DNA of 64,000 nucleotides from Nitrospinales bacterium (GCA_965262115.1 OZ253496.1:1248001-1312000); one strand, 5' to 3'. Numbered from the stretch's first letter, positions 21,576 through 33,215 are shown. The notes: generated by a model not told the origin, from the letters alone. Numbers and translations are program-made.

Positions 21576-22922
21576 CTACATCGCTTCCAGATTTTCGGCC
21601 AAGCGGTCCATTTCTTCGCGGCTGTTCAATTCCGTCACGCAAATCAGCAGGCAGTTTTTTAAATCCGGGTAATAGGACTCCAAAGCATAACCCCCGATGA
21701 TGCCTTCCTGTTTCAAAGCGTTTAAAACTTCCTCTACCGGGCGGGGACATTCGAGAACAAATTCATTAAACGTGTCGGCGGAGAAACGGATCTTAAAATT
21801 CGGCACATGAGCCAGCCGGTTTTTTAAATAGTCGGCTTTTCTCAAGTTCAGCACCGCCAGTTCACGAAAGCCCTGCTTTCCCAGAGTAGACATAAAAATG
21901 GCCGTGGCCAGGGCGCACAGTCCCTGATTGGTGCAGATATTGGACGTGGCCCGCTCGCGCCGAATGTGCTGTTCCCGGGTGGACAGGGTCAGGACAAAAG
22001 CACGTTTCCCATTCTGGTCCACGGTTTCCCCGGCCAGGCGTCCCGGCATTTGCCTTAAAAATTTTTCGCGTGTGGCGAAAAATCCAACATAAGGCCCGCC
22101 ATAAGAAACCGGCAGTCCCAGCGACTGCCCTTCACCCACAACGATATCCGCACCATGCGTTCCCGGCGCCTGTAGAATCCCCAAAGACAAAGCCTCTGCC
22201 ACAGCAACGATCAGGAGCGTTCCATTTTCCGCGAGTTTTTCTTTTAACGAGGCATATTCTTCCACCGTTCCCAAAAAGTTTGGCGATTGCAGAACAACGG
22301 CAGAAGTGTTCTCGGTCAAGCTCTCGGTGATGGCAGAGAGATCGGTTTTCCCTTTTTCGTCAAAAGGGATTTCTTTGAGGTTGAAGTTGCTTCGGCTCGT
22401 ATAGGTCTGGGTCACCTTACGGTATTCGGGGTGGACCCCTCGTGAAACTAGAAATTCTGTGCGGCGATTGACCCGGTTAGACATCACCACCGCTTCGGCG
22501 AGGGCCGAAGCCCCGTCATACATCGAGGCATTGGCGATATCCATCCCGGTTAACAGACAGATCATCGTCTGAAATTCATAAATGGCCTGAAGAGTTCCCT
22601 GGCTGACTTCCGGTTGATACGGCGTGTAACTGGTGGAGAATTCGCCACGCAAAATCAGATGATCGATCAATACGGGAGAAAAATGGTGATAGGCTCCGGC
22701 ACCGAGAAAGATAGAATGGTCCTCGGCGGTGGCATTTTTTTTCTGCAGTCGTTTCAGGTATCCGGTCAGCTCGCTTTCGGACAGACTCTCAGGCAGTCCC
22801 AGCAGGCTGTCTCCCAATTGTAAGGAATCGGGAATGCTGTCGAACAGTTCATCGATATTCTGCACGCCGATTTCGGCAAGCATCAGCCTGATATCCTGTT
22901 CTGTATGGGGGATATACCTCAT
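21576..22922 (-). CDS. gcvPA: Glycine dehydrogenase subunit 1
   Basis: FLGAG, YTPYQPEVSQG, NASMYDGA, TREQHIRRERATSNICTNQ. Confidence 0.96.
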   Translation of the reverse strand: MRYIPHTEQDIRLMLAEIGVQNIDELFDSIPDSLQLGDSLLGLPESLSESELTGYLKRLQKKNATAEDHSIFLGAGAYHHFSPVLIDHLILRGEFSTSYTPYQPEVSQGTLQAIYEFQTMICLLTGMDIANASMYDGASALAEAVVMSNRVNRRTEFLVSRGVHPEYRKVTQTYTSRSNFNLKEIPFDEKGKTDLSAITESLTENTSAVVLQSPNFLGTVEEYASLKEKLAENGTLLIVAVAEALSLGILQAPGTHGADIVVGEGQSLGLPVSYGGPYVGFFATREKFLRQMPGRLAGETVDQNGKRAFVLTLSTREQHIRRERATSNICTNQGLCALATAIFMSTLGKQGFRELAVLNLRKADYLKNRLAHVPNFKIRFSADTFNEFVLECPRPVEEVLNALKQEGIIGGYALESYYPDLKNCLLICVTELNSREEMDRLAENLEAM

Positions 22923-22940
22923 AGGCCGGGAAAAGGGGTT

Positions 22941-23330
22941 TTACTCCATCTCCTTTTGGCATTGTTCGCTGTAAGCATCCGCATCGAGAAGAGATTTAAG
23001 ATTGGTTTCGTCAGAAAGCTCGATCTCAACAATCCATCCCTCGCCGTAGGGTTCGCTGTTGACCTTTTCCGGGTTGGTCTCCAAATCCTTATTCACAGCG
23101 GTGACCTTACCGTCGGCCGGTGCATAAAGGTCGGAAACGGTTTTCACGGACTCCACAACTCCGAAGGGACTTCCTTGTTCAACCTGGCTACCCACTTCCG
23201 GCAGTTCGACAAAAACAATATCTCCCAATTGCTCCTGGGCAAACTCGGAGATACCGATCACAGCTTTCTTGCCGTCAACGCGGATCCATTCATGCTCCTG
23301 CGTATACTTTAAATCCTGGGGAACCTCCAT
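22941..23330 (-). CDS. gcvH: Glycine cleavage system H protein
   Basis: HEW, LGDIVFVELP, lipoyl motif VESVKTVSD. Confidence 0.97.
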   Translation of the reverse strand: MEVPQDLKYTQEHEWIRVDGKKAVIGISEFAQEQLGDIVFVELPEVGSQVEQGSPFGVVESVKTVSDLYAPADGKVTAVNKDLETNPEKVNSEPYGEGWIVEIELSDETNLKSLLDADAYSEQCQKEME

Positions 23331-23351
23331 GACGCCTCCGTTAATTAGCGA

Positions 23352-24473
23352 TTAATCTTTTTTGACACGGGTCGGTAAAAAAGGCGGCTTGACGACCTCA
23401 GTGGGCACGCTCAATTTCCTGATCTCCACTTCCAATTCCGTTCCGGGTTTCGCATATTCAGGGAATACATAACATAATCCGATCCCTGTATTCAAGGAGG
23501 GGGAAAAAGTTCCACTGGTCAGTTCACCAACGGGAGCCCCATTTTTTAACACCCGGTAATGCGGGCGCGGCACTCCCCGCTCCAGCAGACGAATCCCTAC
23601 CAACTTGCGTCTATTCCCCGCATCTTTTTGTTTTTTAAGCTCTGCCTGCCCTATGAACTCCTGCTTTCCCAGCTTGATGACCCAACCCAACCCAGCCTCC
23701 AGCGGCCTGGATTCCTCATTAATTTCGTTACCGTAAAGGGCGTATCCCATTTCCATTCTCAAAGTATCCCGGGCTCCCAAGCCAATAGGCTGAAGGTTAA
23801 ACTCTTTGCCGGCATTGAGTATGGCCCTGAAAACAGTTTCAGCGTGGACCGCATCGACATAAATCTCAAAACCATCTTCACCGGTGTATCCGGTTCGCGC
23901 GATGATACTTGCAAAATTGTAGATTTTTTCTTCTTTAAAATGGTAGTATCTGATTTCGCTCAAAGGGGCTTCACATAATTTTTGCAACAGGGCCTCAGAG
24001 TGTTTCCCTTGTATCGCCAGTTGCGCGGTTTCATAACTGGTATTTCGAATGGTGGCATCGCAAGACCCGGTATTTTTTAAAATCCATTGGAAATCTTTTT
24101 CCGTATTCGCAGCATTCACACAAAGGAAATAATGATCTTCAGAAAAACGGTGGACCAGCAAATCATCCACCACACCGCCGTTCTCCAGACACATCAGGGT
24201 ATAAAGGGCCTGATTGTCCTGCATTGAGTCAATATCATTGGTCATCAGTTTTTGAATCAGGCTCTTGGCAGAAGGTCCCTGGATCTCGATCTCGCCCATA
24301 TGGCTGACATCGAATATGCCAACGCCATCGCGGACGCATTGATGTTCCTGAATGACCCCTTGAAACTGAATGGGCATTTTCCATCCCGCAAAAGGAACCA
24401 GCTTGCCCCCGAGCTCTTTATGGGTATTGGTCAAAGGGGTGGTTTTCAGGCTTGAGGAAGTTTCTTGAGACAT
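23352..24473 (-). CDS. gcvT: Glycine cleavage system aminomethyltransferase
   Basis: FAGWKMP, FDVSHMG, RTGYTGEDGFE, GLGARDTLR. Confidence 0.97.
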   Translation of the reverse strand: MSQETSSSLKTTPLTNTHKELGGKLVPFAGWKMPIQFQGVIQEHQCVRDGVGIFDVSHMGEIEIQGPSAKSLIQKLMTNDIDSMQDNQALYTLMCLENGGVVDDLLVHRFSEDHYFLCVNAANTEKDFQWILKNTGSCDATIRNTSYETAQLAIQGKHSEALLQKLCEAPLSEIRYYHFKEEKIYNFASIIARTGYTGEDGFEIYVDAVHAETVFRAILNAGKEFNLQPIGLGARDTLRMEMGYALYGNEINEESRPLEAGLGWVIKLGKQEFIGQAELKKQKDAGNRRKLVGIRLLERGVPRPHYRVLKNGAPVGELTSGTFSPSLNTGIGLCYVFPEYAKPGTELEVEIRKLSVPTEVVKPPFLPTRVKKD

Positions 24474-24579
24474 GTTCAAAAAATCTGGTATTTTGGATGA
24501 AGAACATAAACTCTGTGTATAACCAATTTCATTAGAGAGCGCAAGGTATTATAGTCGAAAGAGAGAGGATTCTTATTGT

Positions 24580-25617
24580 ATGAGTTCAACGAACGGCCAT
24601 AAAAAATATGACGTGGTCCTGGTTGCAGGAGAAGGAAAATCCAGCTACAAGGTCCATCATCAGAACAAGGCTTTTTTGACCATCAATGGAAAGTGCATTG
24701 TTCATTACATCGTCGAGACTCTACAACAGGTAGAATCTATTCAGGATATTTATGTCGTGGGTCACAAAGAAAAACTGCAACAGGTTTTTCTTTCGGGACG
24801 GGTCGACTTGGAATCTCCCAAGCGTATTCACATTGTCGAACAAAAAACCAATCTTTACGAAAACGTCTGGCATACTTTCCTGCAGTCCTTAAAGGATGAA
24901 AATGGGAAAGCGCCGAACACCGAGTCCCATCGCGATCGAGCAATCCTGATTGTACCTTGTGACGCTCCGCTGATGACCCCGCAGGAAGTGGAGTATTTTG
25001 TTTCCCATGCGGACATGGAAAATCACGATCACGTTTTGGGATTGGTTTCTCGTGAAAAGCTGAAATATTTTTATCCGCAAAAAAAGAAACCGGGTATAAA
25101 AATGGCCTACCTTCATATTAAGGAAGACAGCTTCCGGATTAACAATCTGCATCTGGTTAAACCCTTGCGCATTGAGAACCGGGAATATATCCAGAAAATG
25201 TATCAGTACCGCTACCAGAGAAATTTTAAAAACCTGGTGCTTTTTGCTTTATCGCTTTTTGGAAAAGGCAAGGTTCAGCATTACAAAAACTATATCGGCC
25301 TGCAATTATGCCTGTTTTTTACCAGCCTCGGGCTCGATTTCCTGGTCGATTATTTTCGCAACTTGAATCCTAAAAAAGAACTGGAAGAAAGCATCTCCAC
25401 TGTCATGAAAACCCGTTTTGTAGCTTTGGAAGTTCCCTACCCGGCAGCGGCTTTGGATATTGATAACGCTAAAGACTATGAGGCTATGAAGACCCGTTTT
25501 GATGAATGGTGGAAATATTTGCGAGAAAATAAAAAATCCCCAACCTTTACCGAAAATTACGAGGTTTCCCGCACCACTCCCACTGAGGAAATAGCGCGAC
25601 CTTCTCCCACGCACTGA
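24580..25617 (+). CDS. Nucleotidyltransferase family protein (MobA-like NTP transferase)
   Basis: VVLVAG...NKAFL, PCDAP, LDIDN. Confidence 0.8.
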   Translation: MSSTNGHKKYDVVLVAGEGKSSYKVHHQNKAFLTINGKCIVHYIVETLQQVESIQDIYVVGHKEKLQQVFLSGRVDLESPKRIHIVEQKTNLYENVWHTFLQSLKDENGKAPNTESHRDRAILIVPCDAPLMTPQEVEYFVSHADMENHDHVLGLVSREKLKYFYPQKKKPGIKMAYLHIKEDSFRINNLHLVKPLRIENREYIQKMYQYRYQRNFKNLVLFALSLFGKGKVQHYKNYIGLQLCLFFTSLGLDFLVDYFRNLNPKKELEESISTVMKTRFVALEVPYPAAALDIDNAKDYEAMKTRFDEWWKYLRENKKSPTFTENYEVSRTTPTEEIARPSPTH

Positions 25618-25619
25618 CT

Positions 25620-25755
25620 GCTAACCGCAGAGGCTGTGATATTTCCAGCATTAACTTTACCCTTTCAGGGCATGAAGACAAATAAAGAGGGCATCACACG
25701 TATACCCCGCAAGGGTAAAAAAGCTATTGCAAATTACTAGCGGAGGTTCTCCGCA
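25620..25755. repeat. Composite repeat with nested TACCC-N5-GGGCA modules
   Basis: TACCCTTTCAGGGCATGAAGACAAATAAAGAGGGCATCAC 25658-25697; GCGGAGGTTCTCCGC hairpin 25740-25754. Confidence 0.8.
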
Positions 25756-25808
25756 CCGGCATGCCATCCCGAGTGGATTGAGCATGCTTTTTGGATATTA
25801 AATACGTT

Positions 25809-27611
25809 ATGACACAGGACCGATTAAGAAATTTTTCCATCATTGCCCATATTGATCACGGCAAGTCCACCCTGGCCGACAAGCTGATCCTAGCCACCTC
25901 GGCGATCCCCCTGCGGGAAATGAAAGAACAGGTGCTGGACAATATGGATTTGGAACGGGAACGCGGGATCACCATCAAGGCTCAAACGGTACGCCTGAAA
26001 TACAACGCCAAAGATAAACAGGGTTATGTGTTCAACATGATTGATACTCCGGGTCATGTGGATTTCACCTATGAGGTATCCCGCAGTCTTGCCGCCTGCG
26101 AAGGGGTATTGCTGGTCGTGGACGCAACACAAGGCATTCAGGCACAAACTATCGCCAACCTCAACCTGGCCTTGCAACATGACCTGACCGTCATACCGGT
26201 GATCAATAAAATCGACCTGCCCAGCGCAAACCCGAACTTTATAAAAGAACAACTGGAAGATGTCTTGCAGATAGAATCCACAGATGCCGTTCTGGTCAGT
26301 GCCAAGGAAGGAATCGGGATCGATGAATTGATGGAAGCCGTGGTTCGGCAGATTCCTCCACCGACCGGGGACGCTTCCGGAAAATTGCAAGCCCTGCTCT
26401 TCGACGCATGGTATGACGCGTACCGGGGGGTTATCATCCTGGTCAAGATACAGCAGGGGAGCCTGAAGACGGGTGAGGAAATAATGATGATGGCAACGGG
26501 AAACCGGTTCATGATCGAAGAGCTAGGCACGTTCAATCCCAGGGAGGAGAAAAGCACCGAACTCCGGGCGGGAGAGGTGGGCTACCTGGTCGCCAATATC
26601 AAAGAACTGGATCAAACCAAGGTGGGAGACACCATCACCCATTCCAGGAACTCCGCCGAAGAACCCCTGCCCGGTTACAAAGAAGTTAAACCCATGGTTT
26701 TCAGCGGACTGTATCCGATCAGCGGTGACGACTATGAAGATTTGCGCGATGCGCTAAAAAAACTCACGTTGAACGATGCCTCGTTTTCTTATGAGGCAGA
26801 AACTTCCACGGCCCTGGGTTTCGGGTTCCGTTGTGGATTCCTGGGTTTACTGCACATGGAAATTATTAGGGAACGAATTGAACGTGAATACAAGGTTGAC
26901 CTTCTCACTACCGCGCCCACCGTCATCTATAAAATTATCACCGCTGATGGGAAAACGTTGATGATCGACAACCCTTCCAAACTGCAAGAACAAAAAAATA
27001 TCGACCATTTTGAGGAACCTTACGTCTTAGGAACCATCATCGTTCCGGAAGAATATATCGGGGTGGTGATGGCACTGGTCCGCGACCGCAGAGGAGTCCA
27101 GAAAAAAATGGAATACATGAACCCGGAAACGGTCCTGCTGGAATATGAACTGCCTTTTAACGAAATCGTCCTGAATTTTTATGACCGTCTCAAATCAGAC
27201 ACCAAAGGTTACGCTTCGTTCGACTATGAATTTATAGATTTCAGGACATCCAATCTGGTAAAGTTGGATGTTCTTTTGAATGGAGAGCTGGTCGACGCAC
27301 TATCTTTGATCGCCCATAAAGATAAAGTGTTTTATCAGGGCCGCGACTTGGCTAAAAAACTCAAGGAGCAGATACCGCGTCAAATGTTCGAGGTCGCAAT
27401 TCAGGCGGCGATAGGCAGTAAAGTCATTGCGCGTGAAACGGTTAAGGCGCTCAGGAAAAATGTTCTGGCAAAATGTTACGGTGGTGATATCACCCGCAAA
27501 CGCAAACTACTGGAAAAACAAAAAGAGGGTAAGAAGAAAATGAAACAGGTGGGTAGCGTGGAAATTCCCCAGGAAGCCTTTCTCGCAATATTGAGGACTG
27601 ATGACAAATAA
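25809..27611 (+). CDS. lepA: Elongation factor 4
   Basis: [44 protein letters not shown]. Confidence 0.98.
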   Translation: MTQDRLRNFSIIAHIDHGKSTLADKLILATSAIPLREMKEQVLDNMDLERERGITIKAQTVRLKYNAKDKQGYVFNMIDTPGHVDFTYEVSRSLAACEGVLLVVDATQGIQAQTIANLNLALQHDLTVIPVINKIDLPSANPNFIKEQLEDVLQIESTDAVLVSAKEGIGIDELMEAVVRQIPPPTGDASGKLQALLFDAWYDAYRGVIILVKIQQGSLKTGEEIMMMATGNRFMIEELGTFNPREEKSTELRAGEVGYLVANIKELDQTKVGDTITHSRNSAEEPLPGYKEVKPMVFSGLYPISGDDYEDLRDALKKLTLNDASFSYEAETSTALGFGFRCGFLGLLHMEIIRERIEREYKVDLLTTAPTVIYKIITADGKTLMIDNPSKLQEQKNIDHFEEPYVLGTIIVPEEYIGVVMALVRDRRGVQKKMEYMNPETVLLEYELPFNEIVLNFYDRLKSDTKGYASFDYEFIDFRTSNLVKLDVLLNGELVDALSLIAHKDKVFYQGRDLAKKLKEQIPRQMFEVAIQAAIGSKVIARETVKALRKNVLAKCYGGDITRKRKLLEKQKEGKKKMKQVGSVEIPQEAFLAILRTDDK

Positions 27612-28278
27612 AACCCACCCTGACGCTCCGGCCGCAGAGACCAAAGTCCAAGCAAAAAGCCTGACCCGCGAGTATACCGAGGCCATTTTAATCGCCCTGC
27701 TTCTGGCCTTATTGATCCGCACATTTATTATCCAGGCATTTAAAATTCCTTCTGGCTCCATGGAAACCACACTCCTTATCGGTGATCACATCCTGGTTTC
27801 CAAGTTTCCTTATGGCACGCATATCCCTAACGAAATCCCTTTCCTTAATATCAAACTGTTTGACGATATAGTCTTTTTTACAAAAGTTCCTGAAAGAGGA
27901 GACATCATCGTTTTCAAATACCCTAAGGATGAAACCCGGGATTTCATAAAACGCGTGATCGGCCTGCCAGGGGACTTGCTGGAAGTACGGCGGCAAAAAG
28001 TTTATATCAATGGCAAGCCTTATGAAGATACCCATGCCCGCCATACCGAATCACCCTCAGACAGTGCATTGGTGCCTCGGGATGACTTCGGCCCCATTCC
28101 TATTCCGGAAAGCCATGTCTTTGTTATGGGCGATAACCGGGAGAATAGTCATGACAGCCGCTATTGGGGTTATTTGAATGTTAAAAAAATTCGCGGCAAG
28201 GCACTTATGATTTACTGGTCCTGGGATCGAATTGAAAGCTGGGTTCGGTTTGAACGGTTCGGAAAAATTCTGGAATAG
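27601..28278 (+). CDS. lepB: Signal peptidase I
   Basis: [28 protein letters not shown]. Confidence 0.97.
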   Translation: MTNKTHPDAPAAETKVQAKSLTREYTEAILIALLLALLIRTFIIQAFKIPSGSMETTLLIGDHILVSKFPYGTHIPNEIPFLNIKLFDDIVFFTKVPERGDIIVFKYPKDETRDFIKRVIGLPGDLLEVRRQKVYINGKPYEDTHARHTESPSDSALVPRDDFGPIPIPESHVFVMGDNRENSHDSRYWGYLNVKKIRGKALMIYWSWDRIESWVRFERFGKILE

Positions 28279-28284
28279 CCCGGC

Positions 28285-28977
28285 ATGACAGAACCTTCCA
28301 CATTAAAAAGCAGGCTGCATTCCCTGCTCACTCACTGCAAGGCCACCATTCTCGACTTTGACGGATTGCTGGCCGATTCGGAACCTTACCACTACCGGGC
28401 TTATAACGAAGTTTTTGAACGGTACGGACACACCCTGAATCAGGAAGAATATTGGGTGGAATGGACCTCGAAAGGAAAAGGCATAGCCGGAGAGATCGAA
28501 CGCCACAACCTTAAACTGGATGTGGACCCGGTCGGCTTGAGAAATCAGAAATTCGAGGTGTATTCCCGTTTTTGCAAGAGTGGAGAGATCAAATTGTTTC
28601 CGTTGGCACAGAGCATGGCAGAAAGCCTGTCGGTCAATCACAAGCTTGCCATCGCCTCGGGGTCCTGGGCCAAGGACATTCGCGCTATTCTCAAAAATGC
28701 TGACGCATTGAAGCTGTTCCCGGTTATTCTGGGAAAGGAATCGGCGATCCGGGAAAAACCACATCCCGATATTTTTTTAAATGCCGCAGAAAAACTGGGC
28801 TGCACTCCCAGTGAATGCTTCGTTCTGGAAGACGCACTAAAAGGACTCAATGCAGCTAGAGAAGCAGGAATGCCCTGCATCATTCTCAGAAATCCCTTGA
28901 ATCGCAATATAAATTTTGACGGCGCAGAACTGATCTTCGAAAGTCTTGAAGATTTCAGTTCTGCATTGAAAACCTGA
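28285..28977 (+). CDS. HAD-superfamily phosphatase
   Basis: DFDGLLADSE, KPHPDIF, LEDA. Confidence 0.92.
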   Translation: MTEPSTLKSRLHSLLTHCKATILDFDGLLADSEPYHYRAYNEVFERYGHTLNQEEYWVEWTSKGKGIAGEIERHNLKLDVDPVGLRNQKFEVYSRFCKSGEIKLFPLAQSMAESLSVNHKLAIASGSWAKDIRAILKNADALKLFPVILGKESAIREKPHPDIFLNAAEKLGCTPSECFVLEDALKGLNAAREAGMPCIILRNPLNRNINFDGAELIFESLEDFSSALKT

Positions 28978-28999
28978 AACCTTCCTCCGCATTCCGTTT

Positions 29000-29923
29000 T
29001 TAGACTTTCTCTTTTTCCAGTTCCGCTTTGAATCCTGCAAACAATTTCTGAATGGGGGGAATGATCTTTTCCTTCAATTCATCGGGCACCCAGTTAATTT
29101 TTTCCACCGGCCAGCTTTCCAAATTATGGATATCGAGACCGGCTTTTGAAAAGGGCCCTTCCAAACTTTCCTCAAAACCATAAATCAACGCGTTTTTAAA
29201 TACCCTCTCATAAAGCTCAACGATTTCCCCTGAATCATGCAAACCTGCCATAAACCGTTCCATCATTTTTGCGATGATCGGGTTGGCGTGTTCCTGAAAA
29301 TCTTCGCTGCAGGCATTTTGCAGAGTACGGTAAATAATAATTATGTCCTGAAGAAGGTATTTGATCTCTTTTGGATCTTTTACGATCGGGCCTTTATCCA
29401 GATCAAAAAATTCTTTATATTCCTTGATGATCCTTGCTGTATCACTGATGATCGACTCCTCCCAAGGCACATGGTTCCAGACGAAGAACACTCTCAGCCA
29501 CCTCACTGTTTCGGTGGCGTCTTCCATGTGTAGAGTCAGGCTGGGCTTGATAGAATTGCTGAAAGGAAGGCGCCCGCCCCACATTTTCAGTTTTAACTGC
29601 AACTGCGGAGAAAACGCCTCTGTGAACACATCACAATAAATTGAGACCAGCCTCTCCAGGTTCTGATGTTTATCCAAGGGGGTGTTTTGCGGAAGGTTAA
29701 CAATGCAATAAAGCCTCCAGATGCGCCTTCTAGACAGGCCGTTGGGCCGGGCAATAAGATAGGTGCCGCCCCAGATTCCTGAAGTGATGGGAATATCAAT
29801 CTGGTGAGCTTCCCGCATTCGCCGGGAAACTTCCGTAGCCACGTTCTGATACAACTCGTTCAAGTGGTACAGGTTGATCAAGTTGTCGTCCGCAAAGACT
29901 GGAGTTTTAATCAATTCTGACAT
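29000..29923 (-). CDS. Hypothetical protein
   Basis: ~307-aa ORF from MSELIKTP; no motif recognised. Confidence 0.8.
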   Translation of the reverse strand: MSELIKTPVFADDNLINLYHLNELYQNVATEVSRRMREAHQIDIPITSGIWGGTYLIARPNGLSRRRIWRLYCIVNLPQNTPLDKHQNLERLVSIYCDVFTEAFSPQLQLKLKMWGGRLPFSNSIKPSLTLHMEDATETVRWLRVFFVWNHVPWEESIISDTARIIKEYKEFFDLDKGPIVKDPKEIKYLLQDIIIIYRTLQNACSEDFQEHANPIIAKMMERFMAGLHDSGEIVELYERVFKNALIYGFEESLEGPFSKAGLDIHNLESWPVEKINWVPDELKEKIIPPIQKLFAGFKAELEKEKV

Positions 29924-29980
29924 TGTCTTCTTATAAACCTGAAGGTGGAACTCAATGGTGTTTAATACAACCTTAGAGAC

Positions 29981-30023
29981 AAAAAAACAAAAAAATTCCA
30001 CCCCCGAATTGGAGGTGGAATTT
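29981..30023 (-). terminator. Intrinsic terminator after the DUF4399-like gene
   Basis: Minus strand AAATTCCACCTCCAATTCGGGGGTGGAATTT hairpin followed by a T-run. Confidence 0.75.
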
Positions 30024-30046
30024 CCCATTAAATCTATTACTCCGAA

Positions 30047-30493
30047 TTAATTTGTACCCACCACGGTAACAGTTACGGAATCCATGACCGGCGGATTATA
30101 AGAAACGTGGTTACCCTGTGCAAAAAGAGCCGTGATGGTGTGCTGGCCCTTGGTCAGGTTGATGGTTTTACATTTAGACCCGTCACCCATGTGAATATGA
30201 GTGTCATCCTTGGCAATCGAAATACTCAAATCCGCAGGAATTTCTTCATCAATGAGCAGGTGATGATGGCCTTTACCGGGATTCACACCATTTTTAGCAG
30301 GTTCTACGGTGTAGCCATTGGTTGCCATACAAACTTGTAACGGACTGCTGACGTTAGACAACGTAGCCGGTTTAGTGATCGATAATGCTTTGCCCGTACT
30401 GGAAGTCGCCGTACTGCCGCCTCCGGTCTGAGCCGCACAACCCGCAAACAAAGCCATCACCAACAATGCCATAACTCTAGAAATGATCTTCAT
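30047..30493 (-). CDS. DUF4399-like lipoprotein
   Basis: Lipobox FAGC; GHHHLLID, HIHMGDG, GQHTITA. Confidence 0.8.
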   Translation of the reverse strand: MKIISRVMALLVMALFAGCAAQTGGGSTATSSTGKALSITKPATLSNVSSPLQVCMATNGYTVEPAKNGVNPGKGHHHLLIDEEIPADLSISIAKDDTHIHMGDGSKCKTINLTKGQHTITALFAQGNHVSYNPPVMDSVTVTVVGTN

Positions 30494-30918
30494 AAATTCC
30501 TATTGAAAAAAATAAAACATTAATGAATATAATACTCTCGAAAAAACCCCAAAAAAAACCGGCCGGATTAAAAATTCGACCGAAAAAATTCCAAATAAAG
30601 TACGTACAAAAAAATATTTTGCCTCAGCCCATCATTCGCCCCAGCCCCTCACACGATGAACTGAATCACAGCTAATCAACAAGTTCAAGTAGGGGTAGAT
30701 TCGTTTATTATGGCGGAAAATATCGATAAAATCAATCGAACCTTTGCAAAAAAAACGTTATTTGAATCCAAAATTCAGCGGTTTATCAAACCAAGCCAGC
30801 GGTTTAAAGGGAAAAATCAGGGACAACCCGGAGAATGAAGGCTATAATTCGTTCCGCCTGATTACAGGTCCGGCTTCCTCCTGAGAGGGCGGTTAAATTT
30901 TTCTACAAATGTTTTACG

Positions 30919-31784
30919 GTGGAGCCAAAAACCTTGAAACGTTTCCAATATCTGCTTATTCCAGTTATCTTTTTGCTTGGGACTATAACACTGACGGTCA
31001 GCCCGGAAACCCCTGAATCCGCAGAGTCTTCTGCCTGGAGAAACCTTGAGAAAGGTTTGGAACTAGGCATTTTCAAGGCTCCGAAAAAATCCGCCTTGGG
31101 CGACTCGTTAATTCGTATTTTAAGAGCGGACACCAACTATTTTTCTTTGCGGCTGTTAAACGCCACGTCCAAGGATCAGGGCAAACGCCGGTCCATGAAA
31201 AACTTGGTCAACAAGAACGGGCTGGTTGCCGCCATAAACGCAAGCATGTACCAAAAGAACATGATGTCCAGTGTTTCTTATATGAAAACCCGGCAACACA
31301 CCAACAGCACCTGGGTTTCCAAGGATAAAACCATCCTCGCTTTCGATCCTACTGATAAAAGCCTGCCCCCGGTGCGAATCATTGATCGGGATTGCGAAGA
31401 TTTTGATAAGCTCAGAAAGTTATATGGCACCTTGATCCAGAGTATTCGCATGGTCTCCTGTCAGGGGGAAAATATGTGGAGACGCAAACAAAAATGTGGA
31501 GCACCGCCGCCATTGGGTTGGATCATCAGGATCGGGTATTGTTCATTCATGTTCGGTCGCCATACACCACCCACGACTTGATCAATATGCTTCTCAAACT
31601 TCCCATCGGCCTGAAACAGGCCATGTATGTTGAAGGCGGGGCCGATGCCCAGTTGTACATCAACACAGGAAAAGAGAAGCACGAATTCATCGGCAGTTAT
31701 TCCAGCGGCTCCAGGGAGCATGACGAAAATACTTTTCCCCACCCGGTCCCGAACGTGCTGGGTCTGGTGCGTCTTGAAAAATAG
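30919..31784 (+). CDS. Phosphodiester glycosidase (NAGPA/DUF2233)-like exported protein, frameshifted near 31480
   Basis: AAINASMY in ORF1; WSTAAIG, YVEGG, PVPNVLG in the overlapping ORF2. Confidence 0.7.
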
Positions 31785-31796
31785 AAGAGGTGCAAT

Positions 31797-32171
31797 TTGC
31801 CGGAGAAAAAGAAAAATTCAGTTCGGTCCCGGTTCCGAATAATGGCCGGAGATTTGATCGCTCTGGGACAAGGGAAAGTCGATTTGCTCGAATCGATTGG
31901 CCGGGAAGGGTCCATCTCCCAAGCGGCCCGGGAAAGGCATCTGAGCTACCGGCGTGCCTGGAACATGGTGGACACCATGAACCAGTGCTTCAAGGAACCG
32001 CTGATCATCAGCGTAACCGGAGGCAAAGGAGGGGGCGGAGCCCAACTGACTCCCGCCGGAGAAAAAGTCATCCAGCTTTATCGCAAAATGGAAAAAAAAG
32101 CCGACACCGCCAGCCGCAACGAATGGAAAGCCTTGCAAAAACTCCTCCGGCGAACCGCTGGGGGTAGCTAG
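31797..32171 (+). CDS. ModE-type winged-helix regulator (N-terminal domain only)
   Basis: GKVDLLESI-GSISQAA-SYRRAW, GGKGGGGAQLT. Confidence 0.9.
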   Translation: MPEKKKNSVRSRFRIMAGDLIALGQGKVDLLESIGREGSISQAARERHLSYRRAWNMVDTMNQCFKEPLIISVTGGKGGGGAQLTPAGEKVIQLYRKMEKKADTASRNEWKALQKLLRRTAGGS

Positions 32172-32174
32172 CAA

Positions 32175-32268
32175 CCACTTGGCGTGGGGCCAGTAGCCGT
32201 GGTATTCTTCCTCAGCTTTCGTGCCCCGCAGGGATAAATGGCCCATCAAGCCGAGACAAACCTCTTTC
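32175..32268 (-). repeat. Composite repeat at the left border of the R-M locus
   Basis: CCACTTGGCGTGGGGCC 32175-32191; TGCCCCGCAGGGATA 32222-32236; AGCCGAGACA ~32249. Confidence 0.8.
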
Positions 32269-32280
32269 CACCTGCTCAAG

Positions 32281-33213
32281 CTAAGAGGTTCCTGAATCTC
32301 CTCTTACTCTTTTCTTATTTCCCTTTTCTATTTTCACCCACTGCTTTACAAGGTTGGGTAGTCGTTCAACCACTTCATAACCAAATAAAACTTCATCAAC
32401 ATATCCCATGTGAAGCATATCAATAATCCTACAGAGATATGATCTACCAGAAACCCACCAAGTGTAGTGAGAATCAACCATCAAATAGTGCAGGACTTTC
32501 ACACCTTCGTTTTGGTAAAGCTCCTGTAGTTCCATCCCATCAAGCAAAGTCTCATAAACGCCGTCCGCAACCCTGCTACCAAATGTAGTTGTATAATAAT
32601 ATTCTTTTATCTCCCAAACGGCATGTGGATTCACGATATTTGGGAAAGCACCGTCAAGACGCCTTGCAAGTGTTCTTAACGGAATCCCGCTTTGGGTAAT
32701 CGTGGCTAATTTCATCGGGTCATAATCACAAGGCAATCCTTCTGCGTTTGCTTCGATCAGCATATTAATCATGCACGTAAAGAATGCTTTTGCTTTCTTT
32801 TTTCCTCTCTGCTTATTCATCGGGAGAGGACAATTTGGTTTTAATTTTTTACGTAAACTCTCATATGTTTTTCTGGCTTTACAAGTTTTTGCTCCACGGG
32901 CATTGAGTGTTTTACCTTCTTTGTTTTTTAGAAGAACCGCATCCATCAAACGTGGTTCAACGAAATTATTCAGCACATCTGCCCTATGTTTAAAATAACT
33001 CATAAGAGTCTTGGCTAAATCAGAAATGTTTCCATTTCCTTCAATCTTCTTTGGGTCTAGGTGCAGGTCGGCAAATGCTTCCTTTATTTCTTGAACTGAA
33101 GGCACTTTGATTGTACCTTCACCTCTAATGGAATACCCCGCTGTTTGGCTTACGCTTCTAACAGATGCCCAAAATGACTTATCAAGATCCAAAAACTTTT
33201 TATTTGGTTGCAT
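32281..33213 (-). CDS. Putative type II restriction endonuclease
   Basis: PD-(D/E)xK-like DGAFP...WEIKEY; lies after an XRE gene and divergent from a Dam-like MTase; AT-rich. Confidence 0.75.
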   Translation of the reverse strand: MQPNKKFLDLDKSFWASVRSVSQTAGYSIRGEGTIKVPSVQEIKEAFADLHLDPKKIEGNGNISDLAKTLMSYFKHRADVLNNFVEPRLMDAVLLKNKEGKTLNARGAKTCKARKTYESLRKKLKPNCPLPMNKQRGKKKAKAFFTCMINMLIEANAEGLPCDYDPMKLATITQSGIPLRTLARRLDGAFPNIVNPHAVWEIKEYYYTTTFGSRVADGVYETLLDGMELQELYQNEGVKVLHYLMVDSHYTWWVSGRSYLCRIIDMLHMGYVDEVLFGYEVVERLPNLVKQWVKIEKGNKKRVRGDSGTS

Positions 33214-33215
33214 TT

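Noticed and set aside
24480..24579. Glycine riboswitch upstream of gcvT
   Set aside because: Only ~100 nt of divergent intergenic DNA and no recognisable aptamer on the gcvT strand
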